Part shown: positions 52,186 through 64,000 of the stretch, in pieces
Numbering within the stretch: the first letter of the stretch is position 1
How the letters are laid out: the number at the start of each line of letters is the position of its first letter
Assembly (NCBI GenBank): GCA_002104905.1
Contig: MCFE01000417.1
Span: 1-64,000 of the forward strand
From: Basidiobolus meristosporus CBS 931.73
Taxonomy: Eukaryota > Fungi > Basidiobolomycota
Direction: 5' to 3'
Length of the DNA stretch: 64,000 nucleotides
The notes under the pieces: model-generated
Told to the model about the DNA's origin: nothing
The model's database searches: none
The model's input: only the letters and a program-made list of their open reading frames with translations
Made by a program: the position numbers and the translations under genes

Positions 52186-53066
52186 ATTGGGCCGATGTGG
52201 CTTGGGTGTACATACGGCTTTTTGTTTCCAGCGTTGCTTGGCAACCTACCCACCAGATGTCTGTAAAAGAGTGAATAAATCTAAGCATCAACATCATCCA
52301 CGATTAACCCCACCGAGGTGCGATGAGCTGGGCGAGCGGGACCATGGGCACGATCATGGCGTGGACCCCCCTGCACGGCAGCGGGCCGTGGGCCAGGGTG
52401 GGACAGCATTCACTCGGACGAAACTCCATAGACCAACCCTTGATCATGCTACCTTGGTGTAAGCGTGCTGGTCCCTCGTTACACAACCTCCATGTTATTA
52501 AGAATTGGGTTGACAGAGGTAATGAGGTAAATGGGTGTGCCATTTGTACGATGACACTGTTGAGCGGTGGTCTTGTACCAAGGCACTCAGCGAGTGGGAT
52601 GGGCTTGGACTTCATCGCCTTCTCAACATCACTGGCTCGATCATGGCTCTGCTGCATCAGCTGACCGGCTCAGGGGAATGGAGCAAATGAGCTTGTGCGA
52701 TCTCAGCGGAGCCACTCCAATCCGGCAATGTGACAGTGAGCCACCTTGCACCACACATTCGCACGATTTGATTGAGCGAAACTATCCCAGACATCCGGCG
52801 ACTCCAAGATCAAGGCGACGAGGTTTGCCAATTCGACATGAATCATTAATATCGAGTGCATTGAGAGCCGTAAGAAATCTCCCTTGATCTACTGGATTTA
52901 GCAATAGCCAACTGCACCCGTTCTATTAGTGATTACTGTCTATTGGCGAATCTCCACCAAGTGAGACCTGGATAAAACTCGTCATGGTGCGGCAGGACTG
53001 AACAAAGCTTGGATTCCACTCCAGAGGAGCATCCAGTCGAAAAGCGCTTCGGTACAAGATATCCTC

Positions 53067-54921
<1,855 letters not shown>

Positions 54922-55012
54922 CCGGTAGCGCACACGCCGCCAATATTCACATAGACTGGTGCTGTGTATGCCCTAGATCCGTGACAGATTGACACCAGCC
55001 CCTCGCTCACTT

Positions 55013-55050
55013 CCCCTCCCCCTCCCCCTCCCCCTCCCACTCCCACTCCT
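55013..55050 (-). repeat. (GGGGA/GGGAGT)n tract, potential G-quadruplex downstream of the MAPK
   Basis: Run of CCCCT/CCCACT units on plus strand. Confidence 0.6.
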
Positions 55051-55582
55051 CCGATACCCATTTCTCGCCCCATTGGAGCCCTTATATAGTATAGGATCTT
55101 TTGATAAGTGCTTTAATAAATATATAAGACCATATTCACCCTGCCGTTTGGTACGACTTCGAACTTGAGATCCATCTAGATCCGTCTCTCCCCCTGAAAT
55201 CCCCCAACCAAACATCCCTCATCACGGCCGCTCCCCTCCCAGCCCAGCGGTTCAGTTGTCTGGCGACAAGGCACGTTTAAATCAGGTCCTCTTTATCGTA
55301 ACTTCATTTGGCTCGACTGGGGAAGCATGTGGGTTGGGTGTTGGGAAATGGTGAACTATCTCTTCCCCGTCGAGCAATACAAGATGTCTCGGAAGAAACT
55401 TGGGATTTTTGGCCTTCTAAAAGCGTACACGCGTTCATTTAAAAAGGGTGGAAGTGGTGGTAGGGCTAGGGTGGAGAGTGGAGGGGAGAGGAGAGAGGAG
55501 AGGTGGAAGAGTGGGGGGGCTGAGAGCAAAGGTAACAGACGGCAAGGGGTTGGAAAAAACTGGTCAAAAATTCTTCTTCGCG

Positions 55583-57883
55583 TTAAGCCTTGTTATCCTG
55601 GATCTTTTTGTACAATTGGGCAGCTTGCTCGGGTGTTTTGACACGCACCAGATACTTCTGGGGTTTGTTGCCTTCGCCAACCGCGATGATCGAGACGTCC
55701 TTCTTGTTTTGAACGTAGTCGATCTTCATCTCCGGGAACACGGCTACGTTCAGGGTCACCTTACCGGAACCCTCGGTACGCACGAGGAATCTCTTCTTGT
55801 GGTTGGTGGTGTTCTCGTTCATCTTGAAGATTCCAATGCCCAAGTCGGCATAGCTCTTCTTCTCCTTGTTCCAGCAGTAAAGCTTGCAACGGATCTCGTG
55901 GATGGTGGTCTCGTCCTCCTCACCTGCACCTGTCTTGACGAGATCTGGGTTACTGGGCTCCTCGGCCTCCTCGGCCTCCTCTCCGTCATCCTGCTTCTCT
56001 TCACTCTGAGTGGTGGCCTCGGTGGTTGGCTTTGGTGAGGTGGAGGTACCAAAAGTGAAGCCAGCTCCGAATGGAGTGGTTGAGGAGGTGTTTAGAGGGC
56101 TAGAGGCAGATGGGGTTGTGGAGGTGGCTAAGGCACTACCAAATGAGATGGAGGTCTTCTTACGTTCGGTCGAAGTGGGAGTGGTCGCCGTTTCGGTGGA
56201 TTTCTTGGGGCTCTCTGACGCTTGGGTAGCTCCGAAAGTAAACCCGGTGGAGGGCTTTTCGGGAGTCGTGGTTGTTGAAGCGCCGAAAGAGAACTTGGGG
56301 GTCGAGGAGCTGTCGACGGAGCTACCACCGAAGCTGAATGATGGCTTCGATGGCTCGTCGGATTTCGTGTTAGGGGTCATGCCACCGAAGGTGAAAGCGG
56401 GCGTGGACTTCTCTTCAGTTTTGGAGTCACTGGAGGTGGATCCAAATCCGAAGGTTGGCTTCTGCTTTTCCTCAGGCTTGGAGCTCGAGGGAGCGCCGAA
56501 GGTGAATGATGGCTTGGCAGGCTCGTCAGACTTCTTTTCGGTAGATGGGGCACCGAATGTGAAGCTTGGTTTCACCGACTCAGCTGACTCGCTGTCTTTG
56601 GCAGGCGCTCCGAAACTGAAGGATGGCTTAGGCTGGCTGTCGGATTTGTTCTCGGCAGGGGGAGCGCCAAAAGTAAACAAAGGCTTCGCGGCTTCCTCTT
56701 TCTTTTCCTCAGCAGCGTCGAGCTTCACCGATTTGTCAAGAGCGGGGACCGAGGGCTTTGGTGCATCTTTAGCTGACTCTTTGAATTTCTTTTGGATGCT
56801 AGCATGATGAGTTTTGTATTCCTCGAAAGCAGCAGAGAAGTCAACGAATGGATTGATCTCTATTTGCTTCTTAACATGGTTCATGAACGACACGTTAAGT
56901 CCTCGAACGTGCTTGAACAAGTCTTTCTTGTCTTCCGATTTGGATTCCTGCGATTCGACATTGAGCTTGGTGGATTGGGGAGCACCAAAAGTAAATGTAG
57001 CGGGGGCTTTGCTAGCGGTGCTTGAGGCAACATCCGTCTTGGCCTTGTTATTGTCAGAATTTCCAAGGGTCGAGGTGGAATCTGTGTCCTTCTTGCTACC
57101 AAATGTGAAAGAGGGAGATGATCCACCGAACGTAAACCCAATAGAGGCATCAGGTTTCGTTTCAGAAGTGTTGGCCGCACCGAAAGTGAAACCAGTTGAC
57201 TTAGGCGCCTCCTTGGCGCCTGAATCCTCGGCAGAGTCGCTTTTGGGTGCAGCACCAAATGTAAAGGAAGCAGAACTGGCGGTAAAGGAACTACCCTTCT
57301 TTTCGGATTCCTTATCTTCGGTGGAGGCAGAAGGGGTACCAAAAGTAAAGGCGGCAAAGGGGGAAGGCTTCGGCTTCTCTTCGGTCACCTCAGGGGCAGG
57401 AACCGATCCTGGAGTTCCCCCAAATGAAAATCCGCTGAAAGGGGAAGGAGCAGAGGGCGTGGAAGCAGCCGAGCCAGCCTGTCGGTGAAGTAAAGCAAGT
57501 GAGTCGCTTGGAGCGAAGGGAAACCGGGAATGGTGGGGGCGAGCGAAACTCCATTTTGGAATGGTTCGTTCATGGATATAACGCGAAAACAAACCTTAGA
57601 TCTTCTGGACACTGGCTTCTTTATCCTGGGGAAAAGCAAGACACAGGTTAGCCACACTGTTTCGCGTGAAAATAGAAGTAAATCGTCGCATACTTTCGTG
57701 CGGCAAGCTTGTCGGCGGAAGCTTGGCGGAAGCCAGACATCTGATCAACATCCTTAGCAATAACGCAACGTTAGGAATCCAGGCAAGCAAAGCTGAACAA
57801 AACAGAGGGCGGGTAGATCTTACCTCTTCCTCCTCGTGTTGATTGAGTTGCGTGAGTTGTTTATCAGCTCCTCTCTTTGACAT
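55583..57883 (-). CDS. NUP2: Nup2/Nup50/Nup61-type FxFG nucleoporin with C-terminal Ran-binding domain (4 exons)
   Basis: Exon 1 MSKRGADKQLTQLN (NUP50 motif); exons 57883-57824, 57752-57694, 57625-57595, 57478-55583; many FSFG/FTFG repeats; central HVRGLNVSFMNHVKKQIEINPFVDF; RanBD GEEDETTIHEIRCKLY...LGIGIFKMN. Confidence 0.92.
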
Positions 57884-58396
57884 TATGAGATATAAAGTAT
57901 GCAAGGACAGAGAGATATATATGAAGTCGCCTTTTCTATAACAACAACATTTCCAACATTTAATTTTTGAATGATCATAGTTCCAAGCGCTGAACAACAG
58001 ACGGTGATTGGCTGTCGGGGGAAGGATTCCATCTTCATCGAATAAAAAAAATAGACTCAAAATTTTGATCAACCATCAGTGAGGTTCGAAACTTCTTGAT
58101 CCTTAGCGCAAACGTAATCCAAATGAAGCATCGATTCAGCAAACCCAGCATCATTTAATCAGATGCCTTTCCAGTTTGCTAAGATACGCAAGCTTATGGC
58201 CAGAGTCTAATAGCAGAGCCAGAACAATCATAGTGATCTGTGCTAGATTTGAGCTCATGGGTTGGTAACCTTTTAATGAATCTGTATATATGTACTGATC
58301 TCTATGTCGGCTGATTTCCTCATATAAATGCCTGATACGACTGCCAAATGCTAGCATACATTTTCCAACCATTTGTCGCACAGCGTTACTTTGATT

Positions 58397-59020
58397 ATGA
58401 GTTCTGAAGACGACAAGCTTATGGAGGCATCTCTCCGTGAAGCGACCAGCAATATGCTAGTATCTGATGGGGTTGCCTCCACCCACCCAGTGAAATTCTA
58501 TGAGCTTGAGGAGGGCCCGGAGCAGAAAGCTATCAATAGCTCTCGAACGCTGGAATTACTGCAAGAGAATGAGGGGGGTTTCTATTATCGTCTACCGAAA
58601 GATAGCACAAAGGTCACCGCTTGGCTGAAGAAATTGAACCAAGCAGTCTGGCCTTATCTGGTGCCAGAAATCGAGCAGGTCCTTCCGGAATTGACCAAAA
58701 TCTTGTTGTTCGAAGATTTCCCCAAGAACTACAGCCTGTATTTACATGTCACTCAGAAGAAGGAGCAATTGAACACTGTCAAGTTCAGAACAGATGCCTA
58801 CCTCTTTGGCCACCCCCAAAATAAGAAATTCCGCTCCCCCAACGAATTCCTGCCTCACTTCCTGTGGTTGCTGGCCGGTAGCACCGAGAGCGGGAGCGAA
58901 TGTATCTGCCAGTACTGTAGCCGAAGTAAGTCTCGTACCCCCAAGCGCAGCGCCACAAAGACCCTTTCCTCGAAAGTGAAGAAGCATAAAGTAACGCAGT
59001 TTACCCTCGAATGTGAATAG
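58397..59020 (+). CDS. Clr2 N-terminal (transcription-silencing) domain protein, ~207 aa
   Basis: VSDG; FEDFPKNYSLYLH; RTDAYLFGHPQNKKFRSPNEFLPHFLWL..CICQYC matches the Clr2 N-terminal motif. Confidence 0.78.
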   Translation: MSSEDDKLMEASLREATSNMLVSDGVASTHPVKFYELEEGPEQKAINSSRTLELLQENEGGFYYRLPKDSTKVTAWLKKLNQAVWPYLVPEIEQVLPELTKILLFEDFPKNYSLYLHVTQKKEQLNTVKFRTDAYLFGHPQNKKFRSPNEFLPHFLWLLAGSTESGSECICQYCSRSKSRTPKRSATKTLSSKVKKHKVTQFTLECE

Positions 59021-59470
59021 CTAGGCGACCCCTCCCTTGGAATTCGATACTTGCATACGCTAGCTACGATTCCTTTAGCTCTGGATTGTATTCTTTTTGA
59101 GGCGGTACTGAAACTCAACCCAGCCGCCATTTACCTTTGCTTAGATGCTCACATCCGTGGTTTTGCTTAGAGAACATGTTTATCTCACAGAAATCTGGCC
59201 ATACCGCCTGCTGCCAGCAGCATACCTCCAGAAACGAAGTTTGAAACTGTTTGGCTGAGGGATTTCTGACATATTGATGTCTGATCAGAATGGTTTGATG
59301 TTATTAAAAAGATTGGCTTTAAGAGAGAGAATTGGATATTTGGATGAGTTTTCTACTATTATACAACGTCGATTGCTCGCCGGCCTAGTGCAATTGGTCG
59401 ATAGTAAATATGCTTAAGCATCACCAGCATGGCTCCTGTGGAGCAGCCTGGGTGGGATGTGGATCGTTCC

Positions 59471-62175
59471 TTAGTCCACCTTGAAATGCTTCGATAAATA
59501 GCGGCGTACCAGGATGACACAAACGACACTAAGCGCGCACATAGATATTCCAATGATCAGCTCCATAACTTGGGAGCCATACGAGGGTACTTGAAATAGC
59601 TGGAAGCCGATAGGGTCCCACCTAGGATGAAGCTTCGGGTGAGGGCCTGTGACAGATACATGAGGTGGGGAACACTTACGTGCTCTCGGTCCACACCGGC
59701 TGACGCTGATCTTTGACAATGAACTGGCCTTCCTCAGTCAAGGCCAAGCCTGTCCCATAGGCATCATGGAATCTGGTCAAAGAGGATATGCACGTTCCCG
59801 CGAGGCACATCTGCTCCTCCTACAGGCAGCCAATGTTAGCCTAGATCCTGGTTGGAGCATTGCGTTGACTCCGTTCAACATTTACCTTGCAATCGGATCG
59901 CTGCTTGCATCCAGAGCCCCTCTCATACGCTGTGAGGTTTGCCATGAAATAGTAAAGAAAGGTAGATTGCACGTTCGGCTGCCCCATCTGGAAGACTCCG
60001 GGATAGTAGCTGAGCCGTCCGATATTCGATACTAGATTGAGGTCGGTCAGGTGGTCACGTGGCAACTAGCCAACGGCAATCACCTACCTGAATAAAATCG
60101 ATTCACTAGCGGGCAGGAGAAGTTCTGGCCAAGGCAGTAGAGCAGCTCCTCCACCTACAAAGGATGCATGGTCAGTGTTTGGCTGGGATTAAAGTAGGCG
60201 TGGTTGAGTACCAGTGTGCAGTTGGCTTGCACCGCTGAAGTATCAAGATTCTCGTTTCCAGACGCTTGAGCCAGGGTCGCTTTCGCAACGACGGTTGCCA
60301 CGCTACAGATAGAGCTTTTTGCCAACTCCATGCCCTGTGGGGCATCCAGCATGCTGTTGTAAAACCTAAAAGTGAGTTAGTGGCTTGTCCATGCTTACGT
60401 GTTCCCTGGGTAGCCTGACCTATTCACTTCTGACCGGAAATCGGTGATAACGGCGGCCGGGATGGCCTTCTTCTTGAGGAAGGACATCGTGCTAGATGGG
60501 GGCAAACCTCGGTAGATGTTGTCCGAATCGGCCCGTGTGACGCTTCCACCGGATTGTTTGGTGATCGAGTTTGCTAGTGAAAGGCTTGAAGTGCTGTTAT
60601 CGTGCTGATGGAGGAAGAAACCGGGCTCCCCAGAAAAGGACCCTACTTTTCCGATCTGATTCAACTCAATAATGCTCTCAATGCTATCAAAGTTTATCCT
60701 TCCGAAGTCATTGTCGCGAGTGCATGGGTATTCACATGTGGCCTTGATGTACGGGCAGCTGGATGTTGATTTGGTAAACGTCTTTTGGCAGGTGAACGGG
60801 GTGCTTATATCCTGAACAAATCTGGACGACCCGCTGTACCCCCATGACTCTGTGTTAAAGAATGTATACACAACGTGCTTTGGAAGCGAAGACATTGTCA
60901 CCGGACTCTACAAGGAAGCATAAGTGCAATGCCTAGTGCGGATTCCTTGAATGACCGTACCTTAGAAAGCGCCTCGGCCACAGCCATTAGCCCGATCATG
61001 CCTGACAGATTGTTGTCAAACCCGCTGGCGAGGTCATGGAAAAAACTATTGCTATCAATTGCAGTCGATAACACGATGACAGGCTTCCCGTCGTTGCGCT
61101 GGATACCTGAAGAAGGAGTCGAATACACAGAGAAATCTCCCACTGGCGAGCAAAACCCTACGATGCTTCGATGAACCAACCGCGGAGTCAAGGGCTATCC
61201 AGCTGATGGTACAATACCTCTTCGAAGACAGGTTTCGGAGTCCCTGGTGGCATACATGAAAGAGTTAAATTGCACCGCATTCAACGGGTATTTGTACGCT
61301 TTCTGGGCGTTTTCCTCTGCAGCCTGGAATTAAACAAACCATGAATAGGGATCCCTAGATATGGCTTGAATGAATGCTTGCTGTCACCTCAAGAATCGAC
61401 CTCAGCGTATCGTTCGCCTTAGTGCTAATCCCCTCCACTGCATAAATTGGGAAGTCGTACGAGTTGTACATCAGCCCGTTTCCCTAGAAGCTGAATAAGC
61501 CATTTTGAACAACTGCACGATAGCATCAGACTAAAACCTTTGGGTTCCATATGTACGCAGTTGTATCGTTGGCATATAAGCTGAAAGGTTGGTTTGGATT
61601 GGGCAAATCGGGTGAAAAGCCTACAGGTTTCGTCTCCGACTGGCCCACCGACACAATCACTCCGCCAACTCTAGAGGATTCTCTTAATCTTTGAAGATTC
61701 TCACTGGAAAGAAGATATAAAATGACTTTGGGTTTTCTACATCGTGCATAGAAAAGTAAAGTACTTGGTGAACAAGTCCATTGGTATCACAACGGCGTAG
61801 TTCTCCTTGGAGCTGCTCTCTATAAAGTGAGCAATCTCATTTGCGTTATTAATCGGATATAATACACCAGTGGTTCCACTTTTGGCTGTACAAGCAACAG
61901 GTATGTTAGGTACGGGTGATTGAGCTAGTAGCCTCCGGTTTGTACCTTGGCAACCGATAGAGCCTGAGGCATTCAGCAACCGCACACACGGGAAGCCAAG
62001 TAAATCTTTGTATATCTTGTCGTAGAAATTAGATACGCCCAGTACTAGAAACAGACCAGTGATTATGTCAGCATTGCAATAGACGATTGATGGGGGAGAG
62101 CGACAGCAATAGGGTTTCCATACCTAGAGGCAGTACGGAGCACCAACCTAGTGTATAAAGGATGGCGCGAAGCAT
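59471..62175 (-). CDS. NCSTN: Nicastrin (gamma-secretase subunit), multi-exon
   Basis: Signal peptide MLRAILYTLGWCSVLPL|VLG; PCVRLLNASGSIGCQ; AIDSNSFFHDLASG; ESWGYSGSSRFVQDI (DYIGS equivalent); GLPPSS; WTES.W followed by a TM helix. Confidence 0.92.
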
Positions 62176-62907
62176 CGTTCGACGAAGCAGTTAAGGGACG
62201 GCCTCCCAGCCCACACTCATATCCCTTACATAGGACCAACCGTACCACATATTAATTGTCAAATTAATATCAAATGTTAAATTGCTCATGATCAGTGCAA
62301 ATTCACTGCAATTGAATGATGGAAATGGTAGGAGTATCCGATATTCCATAATATGGCGCTTTTCCAATATATCCGGTGTTACCATATGCAATCACAACTC
62401 GGCCATTGTGGGACCTCCATTGCAAACCCTTTGTGTAAATGATGCACAACTGTCAACAGTAGAGGAGCCACAACAAACTCCTCGAGACGGCCAGCAAAGG
62501 CTCACCCTTTGATACTGCCTGGGCGCCGGTACTTTCGTCGGTGTTTTATGATCCAAGCCTGAATCTTTACCTGCATGTATATGGAATATGGGGCTGATAA
62601 TTAGGCAGCAAATGCTCGACCGCTGCAAAACAGACGACGCCCTCTCCGCATCATTGCAACTACACGGAGACAAACCGATCGCTCAAATCGCCAGTACTCG
62701 CCGATCCTATAGTCGGCTATCCGGACATTCATCAATGCATCTCAACTCCACCACATGACCAGCAAATCCATGTATTCCTATTTATTGTTTATCGTGCTCT
62801 ATTGAACAATGTTGTAGTCTACTGCAAATACTTGGAATTCCTGGTCGCATTGGCCTTCCTATGAATGGCTTGCGGAACACGCAAAATACTCGAAGCCATC
62901 CACTCCA

Positions 62908-64000
62908 TCAATACCACATGGATGACTGCGCACCCTGCTCATTGGTCTCATCCTCCAGCTGAATCTGGATTGCCCCGAGCTTATCCTGAAGTATACGTAA
63001 TGCTGTGAGAACAACATCCTCCGGCTTCAAGGATCCCACGGTCTATGATAGCTGTATGTTAGGTCAGGGTGCGATGGTTTAGTCTCCAATGTTCACTCAC
63101 CTCAAAATCCACGTAGAATCTGTCTGGCTCGGCTTTGTAGTCGAAAGCTACAGAAAATGTCAATTTAGCGACCCTGTGGGCTAAGCAATGGTGCAAGTGG
63201 TACTCTACGTTCGTTTGGCGAGGGCTTTTCCTCGAACTGGCCATTTCTGCTTACTGGCCTGGATCAAATAAACACTTAGCGTCTCGATGGTTTGCATAAC
63301 CACTCTGATTGGGTAGAATAATTACCATTCCTTCTCGGCATCCTCTTCAATCCACCAGCGCGAATGTCTAAGCTTGTTCCATGGGTCGTATTCAAACCCA
63401 ACACCGCTGATTGGACTCCATTTGGCGTGCTCCTTGGAAACCCCCTAGAAACAGCTATTAGTGCCTTTGAAATCAGTGGTTCAGCAAAGCTCGCTACCTT
63501 TTTGGCAACACAGTTGAGCTTCAATTCTTGTCCCTTTCTGAGTTTGACAATGAGAATCCCATTATCTTCGGGGCCTGCAAGGCAAAGCATGTAGATAAGC
63601 AAGAGGCGGTACACTTGAACGGTCTCTCTGTTGACTAACCTGCCAGGACTGGTGTGACTCTAGGATCGGTGCTGACCAGATCCTTACTTGTGATATCGAG
63701 AGTTTCGTCACCGGTGCATTTGACATCCAAGGTTAATTCCACCGAGCAATTCGAGCAGTATTGAGAGCAGTTGCAATCCTGGAGTCAAGATTAGGATGGT
63801 GTTGCATAAGCGGCTAGGCTTGCATACGTACTCTCGTGTATTTGATGCGATCGACTTCATTACTGTCCAGCGGAATCATACCTAGTCTGTGGGCAATAAA
63901 TTCATCAGCTAACACCGATGTATTCAGCTCGATCTCCACCATGTCAATCGCTGAAGTGAGGTTAGACTGGATTAGTAGCGCGACGACGAGCAGCATGCGC
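62908..64000 (-). CDS. RPB3: RNA polymerase II subunit RPB3, 3' part (5' end beyond window)
   Basis: [28 protein letters not shown]; [18 protein letters not shown]; [20 protein letters not shown]; [22 protein letters not shown]; [11 protein letters not shown]; stop TGA 62910-62908. Confidence 0.97.

Noticed and set aside
52186-53060. Short ORFs (105-117 aa) between ligase and MAPK
   Set aside because: Overlapping on both strands with no motif or splice support
55448-57488. Plus-strand ORFs of 196, 265 and 224 aa
   Set aside because: Antisense shadows of the FxFG nucleoporin exon
62180-62900. Possible small gene between nicastrin and RPB3
   Set aside because: Only short ORFs without recognisable motifs

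Overview
Eukaryotic, most likely an early-diverging fungus (inference: intron-rich fungal-type genes plus nicastrin, which Dikarya lack). The window has two sharply separated domains. (1) 1 to ~48,000 is a graveyard of nested transposons almost devoid of CpG (first CG at 1196). It holds a CMC/EnSpm (CACTA-like) DNA transposon family with CCCTATGAA termini and a divergent accessory ORF, in several fragments often inserted into each other. It also holds three Ty1/copia families, a near-intact Ty3/gypsy (23361-28299) plus decayed copies, a second Ty3/gypsy (35885-43429) with ~440 extra in-frame codons after integrase, a chromovirus fragment, several solo LTRs with target-site duplications (TSDs), and a Myb/SANT-bearing repeat. 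CpG decay has turned catalytic Asp codons of RT and integrase into Asn. (2) ~48,100 to 64,000 is CpG-rich and gene-dense: DNA ligase I, a TEY-type MAP kinase, a Nup2/Nup50-type nucleoporin, a stand-alone Clr2 N-terminal-domain protein, nicastrin, and the 3' part of RPB3. All calls come from manual reading and motif recognition; no database search was run. Boundaries marked ~ are approximate.
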